A stretch of DNA of 64,000 nt from NCBI GenBank assembly GCA_038063415.1, contig JBBTVD010000006.1:9948-73947 (forward strand), in the 5' to 3' direction. Within the stretch, counting starts at the first letter, position 1. The number at the start of each line of letters is the position of its first letter. The notes beneath the pieces are model-generated. The model made no database searches and was not told the DNA's origin. It worked only from the letters and a program-made list of their open reading frames with translations. This DNA comes from Patescibacteria group bacterium (GTDB lineage: Bacteria > Patescibacteriota > Microgenomatia > Levybacterales > UBA12049). Made by a program: the position numbers and the translations under genes. Shown in pieces: positions 9,057 to 18,276 of the stretch.

Positions 9057-12000
9057 CTAATCATTATATTGCCTCGTACCTCTGCAATAGGGGAACTTAC
9101 TACATCCATAGAATTTTCCGTATTTGCCATTTCTCAATACCATTTTTGAATTACAGTTAGGACAGTTTTCATGGTCAGATAAATATATAGGTGTCTGAGA
9201 AGAAACACTTTTCTTTTTACATAAATTACAAAATTTACCAATTCCGGTTATAAGAGATTTATCTTCAAACTGATAAGCATCTCTAAATTCTCCACATTTG
9301 GGACATTCTTTCATTTTTCCATTCTGCAAATTTTCAATTGTAGAATGAATATCGTCTAGTAATGGGTTTACTCTATGACGGTTTTTTACTAACTCTTCGA
9401 TTCTTTGATTTAATGTCTCAATTGGAGATTTTCCAATATTAAATCGATTAATTCTAAGGAATTTATATCCATAGCTTTCTAATACTTTTTCTCGATAAAC
9501 ATCTTGATCATTGTAATAATCTTGATAATTGAATTCATTTACGTCTTCATCCTCTTTAAAGTGTTCTTTAAATCCATCGTATTCAATTATTATTTTGTGT
9601 TCTCGCTTTCGTTCATCTATATAAACAAGCAAGAAATCTGTTTTATACGCAGGATGATTATATGATTTATTTAATTGTTTTAAATATTGACCGAGTTCAA
9701 ATTGTGGGAAAAAGTCTATATTGTCTTTATTATTTTTCCAAAACTGAGTTTGATAAAACCAATTCATTACTTCTTTCTCCATAGGGGAGTTCTTATCAGT
9801 CTCACTTACATCTCGTTCTTTTTTGGCTTCTTCCAAAGCAAACTTATAATGCATTAAAGCATTCCCAATAGATCCGCTAAATTCCTCTGGCTTTTTACTT
9901 AATACAAAATGCATGGTTTCTTGAGCACGACTAAAGCCAACATTTAAACGCTGCGCCTTAATCTTTCCGTCTTCTTCAATGTTAATACTATTTAAATCAC
10001 TGATGAAGATATATCCTAATCGATCATCTTGAGGAGTTGCTACCATTGAGTAAAAGATTGTATCTCGCTCTTCTCCTTGGCAGGTATCAAACGTCATGAT
10101 TTTCAATTTCAAATCCTTAAAATAGTAATCTCTTTCAGGTAATTTATTAATTCGATCACTTAATAATTTTTGTTGATCTGTATGTGGAGTTATTATTCCA
10201 ACACTTATTTTCTGATCATCTTTATGCATTTTTTCTAGCTCACTTATTATGTAGTCAATCTCTAACGAATTAGTTGTAGGAATCAAGTCTGTTTTGCCAT
10301 CAGATTCAATAATTTTAAATTTAAGCACATCGCTAATCTTTTTACCTCTTATCTTCATTACCTGAAGACTATCTTGATAGAAATATTTATTTGAATAAGA
10401 AATAATTTCTTTGTATCCTCTAAAATGCTTGATGAGTTGAATATTATAATTACTAATAAATTCAAAAAAGTCCAGTATGGAGGTTTTTATATTAAACTTT
10501 TCAAGCTTAACTAATTTTGCATTTTCTTTGGATATGTGTTTTGTGAACACTGATTTAAGATTATTCAGATACTCGGTATTTGTGTCAGATCGAGCTTGAG
10601 CTGCTTTTACATTACTAAACTGTTTCTTATCACCCAAAATTAGTACCTTTTTAGCTCTCAACAATGCAGGGAATGCTTGAGCAATACTTACCTGAGATGC
10701 TTCATCAATAATTACTAGATCAAAAATATCTGGCTCAAGAGGTATGTATTCAGCATAATCTCTTATTCCAGCTAAAATACAAGGAAATGCTTCTTTTAAT
10801 TTCGAAAATTCATCTTTGGGAAATTTTTGCTTCTTTTTAATTATTTCTCTCAATGTTTTTGCAGTTGCTCTACTATTTTCGTAAAAATCAATTAAACGCC
10901 CATCCATAATATAAGTCATCTGAGTTATCATTAGGTCTTCAATTATCTTTTTTTGATTGGAGTAATCACTAAAAGATATGCCCTTAAATTCTTTGGAAAT
11001 CTTTTGTAGTAAGCTTAAGTAGCGGAGTAACTTTTCAAAATCTAAATCTGTCATTCCTGTTAATTTATTATTATGAAAAGTCTCAAGAGAATTATTTATA
11101 CCAATATTCTGTGCGGACAAAGGATATATCTCTTTGAATAAATTAACACTTGAAAATAGAGCTTCGAGTGTTTCAATTTTTTCTAAATAATTTTCAAATT
11201 GATCGCTTATAATAAAAGTGCTGACAAACTTTATATAATCGAATTTATCTCCTTTTACGCTTAGCAACTGCTTTTGCAATTCGTCTGCGGATTTATAGAT
11301 ACGTACACACTCTTCAAGCAAGCTAATTTTGCTATGGGCATCTTTGATGGTTGATTGAGGAAATGAGATTTGAAAATCTGCATCTAATTTTTTAATTTTA
11401 TCTTTCTTAAATGTGTAGCCTAAAATCCAATTTTTTTCATTTTCATATTTAGTTACATATTCTTCTAATACAACGACATCTTTATCTGAAATTGGACCTA
11501 GTTGCTTTAAATTATTAATATTATCTTTATATATCTCATGCAACTTTAAAAAAATAGTTTTTACTTCTGCAAGGAATATTTTATGCGTCTGTAACTCTTC
11601 TATATTTTTAAGTTTGGAAAAGGAAAAACCGCTCAGTTTAATATATAATTGCTCTTCATCTGTTAAAGAAGAATCTTCAAGTTTGCCTTTAATTTCTAAG
11701 AATATACTTCTCAATTCATCGAGATCAGAAATGCCGTTGTCATTAGACACAATCTCTTCTTTGTCTACAATTGCCTTACTAGTTATAAAAAACTCTTCAA
11801 GATTAAAAAATTCATATATCTCATCGATATTTATATGACTATATGAATAAATTTCTGCTTGCAAATCCTCATTTAGAGAATTTAATCTTTTATCTATATC
11901 ACTTTCGACAGACGCATGATTGCTTTTTACAACTCTGTAATTAGCTTTAATATTCTCAATTGCAGAAGTAGCTAAAATTTGATTATAAGTACTCCCTGTT

Positions 12001-13625
12001 TTACCTAATCTTAAAAGAGGGTTTTGAAAATTCTTATCCAGTCTAACTTTATTTAAGGTCTGAGTAATTTTATCTTCTACAACATCTAATGCTTCTTTTT
12101 TATCTGAAAGGACCAAGATGGATTTATTTTCTAAAATGGCATTAAAAGCAATTGCCGTTATTGTATGACTCTTCCCAGTACCAGGAGGACCCTCAACGGT
12201 AATATAACTACAATCATCTTTTTTTAATGCAGAAAGTAGCTGTAATTGCTCACTATTTAGAGGAATTGGACTTCTCGCTATTAATTTCTCGCTCACCTCT
12301 AAGTTATCCCACTCTTCCTCTACAGCTGGATTAAATGGAGAAGGATCTTTGTATAGGAAGTCATTAATAAGTGAATTAAATTTCTCACCTAATATACTTT
12401 CTTCTTCTGCGCTTAATAACTGAAGAATATCTTCATAGTCATTAACTAACGCCTCATCAGATTTATCAAATAATGAAAAATATATGCTATTCGAAATTCT
12501 TACTGTAAAACTTTTTGCTAATTGTAATTTTGAGTCCTTGGTATCAAGCTTTTCATCCAGGCTAAAGAAGTTAACAAGCTCATCAAATATATCTTGGATA
12601 TTTGTGGCAAAAAGGCTTGGATCATCATTAATATAAATTATTCTTTCTGTAATCAACTTTAAATTGCCTCTTTTTTCCTGCTCTCTATTAAATTCTTGAG
12701 TAATAAACTCCAAGGCTTTTTTATTTATATAAACTTGAGGTTCAAAGTTTATATTTATTGAATCGCTTATCCTCTCCACAGAAAACGGAATGTAAAAAAT
12801 TGGATATTTTATATTGCTATATGTAATATCTCCAAAATACAAATAAAACTCTTGCTTATCGAGTATATTTTGATTCTTCATTAACTCATATACTTCTGAA
12901 AATAAATCGGTGACTTTAAAGGCTTCAAAAAAAGTGGTAATTATTGCTTTTACATCTTTAAGATCAAGAAGAGGCTTCAATTCTTGTTCAACGTTAACCT
13001 TTTCCTTTGCAATTAATAATTGTAGGATTTCAGATATTTTACTTTCAACCTGTTTAGTAAGTATATCCGTTAACTCTACCTCCATCAGATAGATACCATT
13101 CTCGTCAGTTAAATGCAGATTATCTAATGGTTTTTCTATACTTGAGAGAAATGGGAGGACAAAAGTTGTCTTTATCGCTTTAGATACGTTTTCTAAAGTA
13201 TTTGCGAGAGCTTGATCATATTCTTGCTTATTTATAATTGATTCTTCCTGAACTTCTTTGGATATCTTTGTAATAATCTGATTTATATCTTTACTACTAA
13301 TTTTCCCTATCTGAATCTTGATAAGATTAAGTAAGTTTTCTGGAATATTTACTTTATACACTCCTTTAGAAACAGTTTTCAACTGATCTTCACCGAATGA
13401 ATGACGAATAGTATTCCAAATAACATCAACGAATGTAGGATATTTTCCTAGATTCACTCCGACTAAAAGGTTGTCATTATTATGAAGTTTAATTGTTCTC
13501 CGAGGATTTTTATGCTTATGGAAATCTGACTCAAGAAAATCCATAAAGTACTTAGCAACTTCAATGATAAATTCTTTTCCACTACCTTGAAATGAAGCCA
13601 TTTTTTGTTTTACAGAGTCTTCCAT
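9057..13625 (-). CDS. SF1 (DNA2/NAM7-type) helicase fused to a Vsr/DUF559-like endonuclease and C-terminal Zn ribbons; Hhe-like defence protein
   Basis: GPPGTGKSHT, DEASQ, GDKKQ, QGEERD, NVGFSRA; SPME...DFL...IEYDG..H...RE.VLESYGYKFLRI; CPNCNSKMVLRNGKYGKFYGCSKFPYC topoisomerase-type C4 ribbon. Confidence 0.85.
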   Translation of the reverse strand: MEDSVKQKMASFQGSGKEFIIEVAKYFMDFLESDFHKHKNPRRTIKLHNNDNLLVGVNLGKYPTFVDVIWNTIRHSFGEDQLKTVSKGVYKVNIPENLLNLIKIQIGKISSKDINQIITKISKEVQEESIINKQEYDQALANTLENVSKAIKTTFVLPFLSSIEKPLDNLHLTDENGIYLMEVELTDILTKQVESKISEILQLLIAKEKVNVEQELKPLLDLKDVKAIITTFFEAFKVTDLFSEVYELMKNQNILDKQEFYLYFGDITYSNIKYPIFYIPFSVERISDSININFEPQVYINKKALEFITQEFNREQEKRGNLKLITERIIYINDDPSLFATNIQDIFDELVNFFSLDEKLDTKDSKLQLAKSFTVRISNSIYFSLFDKSDEALVNDYEDILQLLSAEEESILGEKFNSLINDFLYKDPSPFNPAVEEEWDNLEVSEKLIARSPIPLNSEQLQLLSALKKDDCSYITVEGPPGTGKSHTITAIAFNAILENKSILVLSDKKEALDVVEDKITQTLNKVRLDKNFQNPLLRLGKTGSTYNQILATSAIENIKANYRVVKSNHASVESDIDKRLNSLNEDLQAEIYSYSHINIDEIYEFFNLEEFFITSKAIVDKEEIVSNDNGISDLDELRSIFLEIKGKLEDSSLTDEEQLYIKLSGFSFSKLKNIEELQTHKIFLAEVKTIFLKLHEIYKDNINNLKQLGPISDKDVVVLEEYVTKYENEKNWILGYTFKKDKIKKLDADFQISFPQSTIKDAHSKISLLEECVRIYKSADELQKQLLSVKGDKFDYIKFVSTFIISDQFENYLEKIETLEALFSSVNLFKEIYPLSAQNIGINNSLETFHNNKLTGMTDLDFEKLLRYLSLLQKISKEFKGISFSDYSNQKKIIEDLMITQMTYIMDGRLIDFYENSRATAKTLREIIKKKQKFPKDEFSKLKEAFPCILAGIRDYAEYIPLEPDIFDLVIIDEASQVSIAQAFPALLRAKKVLILGDKKQFSNVKAAQARSDTNTEYLNNLKSVFTKHISKENAKLVKLEKFNIKTSILDFFEFISNYNIQLIKHFRGYKEIISYSNKYFYQDSLQVMKIRGKKISDVLKFKIIESDGKTDLIPTTNSLEIDYIISELEKMHKDDQKISVGIITPHTDQQKLLSDRINKLPERDYYFKDLKLKIMTFDTCQGEERDTIFYSMVATPQDDRLGYIFISDLNSINIEEDGKIKAQRLNVGFSRAQETMHFVLSKKPEEFSGSIGNALMHYKFALEEAKKERDVSETDKNSPMEKEVMNWFYQTQFWKNNKDNIDFFPQFELGQYLKQLNKSYNHPAYKTDFLLVYIDERKREHKIIIEYDGFKEHFKEDEDVNEFNYQDYYNDQDVYREKVLESYGYKFLRINRFNIGKSPIETLNQRIEELVKNRHRVNPLLDDIHSTIENLQNGKMKECPKCGEFRDAYQFEDKSLITGIGKFCNLCKKKSVSSQTPIYLSDHENCPNCNSKMVLRNGKYGKFYGCSKFPYCRGTRQYND

Positions 13626-13788
13626 AAGTTATTACCATTGTCCTTTATATGAACTTAAAATTCAAGGGTATTGAAGCAAAATGCTGCACATCTTGGCTAC
13701 TGAAGAGCAATTATCATCCTAGCTTTATTATAAAAAATCCAGATTCGACTATAAAGGGAATCTAGCCTTATGGTGTTATAATCTAATA

Positions 13789-14775
13789 ATGCATTTTAAT
13801 AAAACAATCTTACTTTTGGGTGCCGGGTTTTCAAAGAATTTTGGTGGACTCCTAGCAAGAGAAATGTGGGCAAAAATATTTAATCATCCTTTATTGGATA
13901 CTGCTGGAGACGTAAAGTTAGCTTTAAGGCATGATTTTAATTTTGAAACTGTCTATTCTGCAATGTATAACTTTACTGAGAATGGGAAAAAAGATCAATT
14001 TAAAGTTTTGGAACAAATTTTACAAGATGTTTATAAAAATATGAACGATATATTACTCAACCCGGCTGCTGATACTGGAGTAAATATTAGTTTGCTACAA
14101 AATAATTTTATAAACAAATTCACGGATGATGGTAGTGGAGGGTTTGGTGCATGTTTTTCATTGAATCAAGATTTATTTTTTGAGAAATTCTTTAATAGAA
14201 ATCCACTAGGTCCAGCATCAATAATTTATGGAACTAACCCTAATACTGTTCATGCAGGCGAACTTAATATAGATAAAAATCTTCCAACTCCAGAACAAAT
14301 GGATGCTTATAAAGCACAATTTCAGGAACGAGGGTTTGGATTTATTAAATTGCATGGTTCATTAAACTGGATTACCGCGGATGGTAATTCCGCCAAAGTC
14401 ATTGGAATAAATAAACCTGAAATCATCTCATCCATCCCTTTACTCAAATGGTATAGAGAATTATTTGCACAAGCTGTTCAACAAGAAAATATTAAATTAG
14501 TTGTTTATGGATACAGCTTTAATGATAAGTATATCAACGATATTATTGTAGATGCCATTCATGGTAAGCCTGATAGAAAAGCAAGTAATGCGAAAATTTA
14601 TATTGTTTCACCAGAGAATCCTAAAGATTTGAAGGAGAGACTTGAAAAGACAGATCATGGCGAAATATGGAATGCTGTAGATGGTTATTTCCCATATCTT
14701 ATGCGTGATTTATTCCCAGCTAATGGACAAACTACTTCTCAGTATAATGAACTTATTACGCGTATTGGATTTTAA
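13789..14775 (+). CDS. Stand-alone SIR2-like protein
   Basis: LLLGAGFS, SLNQD, KLHGSLNW, GYSFNDKYIN. Confidence 0.85.
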   Translation: MHFNKTILLLGAGFSKNFGGLLAREMWAKIFNHPLLDTAGDVKLALRHDFNFETVYSAMYNFTENGKKDQFKVLEQILQDVYKNMNDILLNPAADTGVNISLLQNNFINKFTDDGSGGFGACFSLNQDLFFEKFFNRNPLGPASIIYGTNPNTVHAGELNIDKNLPTPEQMDAYKAQFQERGFGFIKLHGSLNWITADGNSAKVIGINKPEIISSIPLLKWYRELFAQAVQQENIKLVVYGYSFNDKYINDIIVDAIHGKPDRKASNAKIYIVSPENPKDLKERLEKTDHGEIWNAVDGYFPYLMRDLFPANGQTTSQYNELITRIGF

Positions 14776-14832
14776 TAGCATTGTCTGTTTAAGAGTATTC
14801 ATGAGATAACTATCTCGAATTACAGTCTCATG

Positions 14833-14902
14833 GTTCTAATCCGTATTGAACGACCTCACGAACATATCCGAACGCTAGCTTCTGTATCCATTCTTTGAGG
14901 GT
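14833..14902. repeat. Diverged direct repeat, copy A (candidate element end/att region)
   Basis: GTTCTAATCCG...ACCTC...CGAACgcTAGCTtctgTATCCattCTTTGAGGGT aligns with 37080-37150 (26 of 34 identical, ungapped, over the 3' block). Confidence 0.65.
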
Positions 14903-14982
14903 GTGAATCATGAGGGTACGGTTGCGATACCGCACGTCTTTGCTGAGCGGTCCGGTCTAGAACCTTCTTATCCTTATAACGA

Positions 14983-15039
14983 TTGTCTCACATCAAGGCT
15001 AAACGAGACAAATGAGACACTATAAAAAGGGATGTCTCA
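14983..15039. repeat. Four TGTCTC/GAGACA boxes arranged as two inverted pairs
   Basis: TTGTCTC 14983 / GAGACAA 15005; TGAGACA 15013 / TGTCTCA 15033. Confidence 0.6.
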
Positions 15040-15118
15040 AATGATAATGATGTAGTTTGATATAGAAGACCACCACATTGGAACTCTCTTCCTGTAAGGA
15101 ATATACTTGAACTAATAT

Positions 15119-15763
15119 ATGGCAAAAAAGACAAAACTAATGAGCATGCGAAAGCTGATCTATTTAGTACTATCTATAGTAATTCTTGGTCTTGGTGCTC
15201 TAGTTTGGTATAAAAACTGGCAAAGCAAGTTTGAAGCTCCTAGACAAAATACTCAATCAATTGGGTTTACTTTTAAGAAAGATACCTCCTTAACGGCAGT
15301 AGTTGGTGATCTTCACTATTACGGATTCATTAAAGATGAAGGTGCGTTTATATACGCATTAGCGCACACAAAAGATAATACTCCAGGCAAAGAGAGTGCT
15401 CTTACTATTGGGAGTAACACCATCAACCGAGAAGCTAGATATAAAATCTCTCAAAGTATGACTGCTTGGCAAATAGCGGACGTACTACTTAACCAAGGTG
15501 AACTTAGTACATGTGACCACGGCTGTCCTGATAGTAACTTTGATCCTGAACTTCTTCCGGGTGGCGATTTGGCACCCACTCTGAAAGAAAAGTACTCTGG
15601 GGTTAAAACCTACGAAGATTGCACCAAGGCGATTGGCCACGATGGCGGGCAACTTTCTTCAGAACAATATGCTCAGAGAACTGGAATTAGGAGATGTGTC
15701 GCTCCTGATGGGCGAGAATTTACTCAAGGGAAAGAAGGTTGGTCAGATGTCCCTACTCCTTAG
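15119..15763 (+). CDS. Membrane-anchored protein with a YceG/MltG N-terminal-like domain and Cys-containing C-terminus
   Basis: TM helix; DLHYYGFIKD...YKISQSMTAWQIADVL; no lytic transglycosylase catalytic domain visible. Confidence 0.6.
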   Translation: MAKKTKLMSMRKLIYLVLSIVILGLGALVWYKNWQSKFEAPRQNTQSIGFTFKKDTSLTAVVGDLHYYGFIKDEGAFIYALAHTKDNTPGKESALTIGSNTINREARYKISQSMTAWQIADVLLNQGELSTCDHGCPDSNFDPELLPGGDLAPTLKEKYSGVKTYEDCTKAIGHDGGQLSSEQYAQRTGIRRCVAPDGREFTQGKEGWSDVPTP

Positions 15764-16415
15764 GTGGTCGACCCCTTTTTACAGTAACTGTTCCTGGTAT
15801 ATTAGTTTGAGCTAGTTTGTGGCTAATCGCTCCTATATTTACGTCGTACGCCTCCAATCTAGGACTGTAGGACACAACACGAGCAATAGTATCAGGATGA
15901 TTGGAAACTTCTTGGACTGAAAATGCTTTTAAGTCAGTTTTCAAAGCCAATAGGTTATCTGTTACGGCTTGGTGATCAATTTCTAAATCCTTGCCAATAT
16001 GAATAAGAATCCAGTATCCTTCTGGTAACTGGAACTTACCCCCACGCTCACTTAATTTTTCTACCAATGATTTTTTAGGTAAACCAAGTTTGTTTCTACC
16101 ATAAAATGTCATTTCAATAGGAGCTATTTCTTGTGTTTCATCAGAGACTGGTCGCATTAGAAATGCATCAGGCGAATCATCAATATTATTCATTTGTACG
16201 AAGCATGAATGCTCTTGCATTGTATAGAAAGCTAAGCCAAAGATCGCCAAGTCGCGTAGTTCGCGAATCCTTTTATGCTTGCCGTTGTACTCAATCTCAT
16301 CATGACCAATGCCTGTGGCTTGTTTTTGATACTCAAAATAAGCCATATCAGGTCTTAGCCACACCTTATCGTGAGGAATCGTAAATTTTCTCGATGGTTT
16401 CTGCGCGTCTTTCAT
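15753..16415 (-). CDS. Hypothetical protein, possible PD-(D/E)xK fold
   Basis: 220-aa ORF, last gene of a 4-gene run; DSPDAFL...PIEMT resembles PD...ExK. Confidence 0.5.
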   Translation of the reverse strand: MKDAQKPSRKFTIPHDKVWLRPDMAYFEYQKQATGIGHDEIEYNGKHKRIRELRDLAIFGLAFYTMQEHSCFVQMNNIDDSPDAFLMRPVSDETQEIAPIEMTFYGRNKLGLPKKSLVEKLSERGGKFQLPEGYWILIHIGKDLEIDHQAVTDNLLALKTDLKAFSVQEVSNHPDTIARVVSYSPRLEAYDVNIGAISHKLAQTNIPGTVTVKRGRPPKE

Positions 16416-16423
16416 ATATTAAA

Positions 16424-17440
16424 TTAATCTTTGGACTTCTTGATTCCGACCCTCCCGAGTATAACAAAATATAAGTAGAGAACGAGGGTAGTATTTTGGA
16501 AATTACACTCCGCAGGAGCTATTTCACCATGAGCGATTTTATGTCTGAGCTTATATCCCATGGGCTCAAAGAGAACGAACTTAATTTGCCTACAGAAGTC
16601 TTCTCCAAATATTTTTATAAAATCTTCTGAATCAAAATCTCTTTCAGAAAGTACTTTCGTACGTGTGGCTGTATCGACTGTGGTATCTAAGGCGACAGTA
16701 CTAATGCCCAGTTGTTTGGCTATGCTTAATAAAAATGATTCAAACTGTGGAACTAAAATATGAAGAGCAGAAATATAATCCTCCTCATAATATTTTTTAA
16801 TACCAACAAGTACTATCTTAAGTTGATTGGGAGTAAACAATTCTGATTTAGAAAAATAATCAGATATTTCTTCAATGTTCATCATCTCTCCATAAGGGTT
16901 GCCATTTATTAGCATATACATTAATCGATTTAGACACAAAGTAACTATCTGTTTCAAACTTAAATCATACATTTGCATAAACCATGAGTATTCTGCTAAC
17001 GAGCCCCCACGCAAGTTGTGACCTTCGTCTGAAATAGTAGTTAATGTTGCAAACTGATAAGTGATTGGCATTGTTCTCTTAGCCAAAATATCCACATCTT
17101 TAACTTTGGGCATAAAATCAGGGTGCTGGCCAATAATCTTCAGTACTCGGTTTTTATCATCGATCTTGAGAATACCTACAATAAAGTTTTTAAGAGAATT
17201 ACTTTGTTCTTCGGTCAGATCATGTACAAACTCATGTTCTTGAAAATCCTTGCCAGACTCAATAGATTTTTTATTCATTTCCACAACCTTCGCCTTACAA
17301 AGTTTTATGGATACAGAGTCTTCAAGTTTTTTTGCCATTTCAAGCGCTTCCTTATATATAATCGCGGCACTAAAGAAACTTTCTGAATTTTCAGCTGTCT
17401 TTGCCTCCTCAATTTTTTTGTTAAGATCCGTTTTGTTCAT
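16424..17440 (-). CDS. DUF4209-like protein with HEPN-type RxxxxH motif
   Basis: DYISALHILVPQFE...GYKLRHKIAHG. Confidence 0.75.
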   Translation of the reverse strand: MNKTDLNKKIEEAKTAENSESFFSAAIIYKEALEMAKKLEDSVSIKLCKAKVVEMNKKSIESGKDFQEHEFVHDLTEEQSNSLKNFIVGILKIDDKNRVLKIIGQHPDFMPKVKDVDILAKRTMPITYQFATLTTISDEGHNLRGGSLAEYSWFMQMYDLSLKQIVTLCLNRLMYMLINGNPYGEMMNIEEISDYFSKSELFTPNQLKIVLVGIKKYYEEDYISALHILVPQFESFLLSIAKQLGISTVALDTTVDTATRTKVLSERDFDSEDFIKIFGEDFCRQIKFVLFEPMGYKLRHKIAHGEIAPAECNFQNTTLVLYLYFVILGRVGIKKSKD

Positions 17441-18264
17441 TGTGATTTCCCAAAGTTAATCTGTTGCATCCACTCTTTTTGATTATGCGCTGACATAAAT
17501 GATGGATCTTGAGAAACCATAGCAAAAAGTATGGACATAACTGGTTTACTCTCTTTATCGTAAGGGAAAGTTAGTAAACAAATAAATCCCATTGATTCAG
17601 AAGAAATAGAAGAGCGAAGATCATCTGTAGCCTTCTTTAAATCGATACTCAAGTTTGTTTCACTTGAATATGGCATGACTAGAACACAATTAATGCTTGC
17701 GGGTTTTTGAAAGTACTTTTTATATATTTTAAGTCCTTCAGTAAGTTGATAATTAGGATTGCCTTTAACAGAAATCTTTGGGTTGATCATCAAAGATTTT
17801 AATTCTAACGGAATAGATATAGTCTCTTTAGCGGTGTTTTTTGGTAATCCAAGTAAAAAACCGTCCCAGCTACCTTTTCTGAAATGTGCTTTTACACCTA
17901 TTGTCTGATCAGGGAGTTGCCATGATGGAATTAACGTATAGTCAGTGCTATGTTTGCCTAATGTGTATGTCGTCTGGAGCACTCCTACCAAAATAGCTAG
18001 CTCGATTGCTCTCAAATCATTATCAAAGTCGAACTCGTTGAGAAGTTGGATATCCTTAGCTCTTTTCATGAGTACATTTTGCAAATGCTCAGTGTTAGAT
18101 AGCTGTTTGGAATTGCTGAGCAACTCTTGCTCGAAATACTTTTTTATTTGTCTGTAGAGATATTTGACATCATATGCGGCCTGAAAATTTATTGTTCCGT
18201 TGACCGTTTTGGCTAAAATATTTATGACCTTTGGTTTATCATTCTTCAAAACTGGACTTTCCAT
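17437..18264 (-). CDS. Hypothetical protein, possible restriction-endonuclease fold
   Basis: 275 aa; WDGFL...IPLELKS (D...ExK); 4-bp overlap with the next gene. Confidence 0.5.
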   Translation of the reverse strand: MESPVLKNDKPKVINILAKTVNGTINFQAAYDVKYLYRQIKKYFEQELLSNSKQLSNTEHLQNVLMKRAKDIQLLNEFDFDNDLRAIELAILVGVLQTTYTLGKHSTDYTLIPSWQLPDQTIGVKAHFRKGSWDGFLLGLPKNTAKETISIPLELKSLMINPKISVKGNPNYQLTEGLKIYKKYFQKPASINCVLVMPYSSETNLSIDLKKATDDLRSSISSESMGFICLLTFPYDKESKPVMSILFAMVSQDPSFMSAHNQKEWMQQINFGKSQ

Positions 18265-18276
18265 AGTATTCTTGCA

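Noticed and set aside
14828-14945. Short minus-strand reading frame across repeat copy A
   Set aside because: The equivalent frame in copy B has a stop and indels, so conservation looks nucleotide-level
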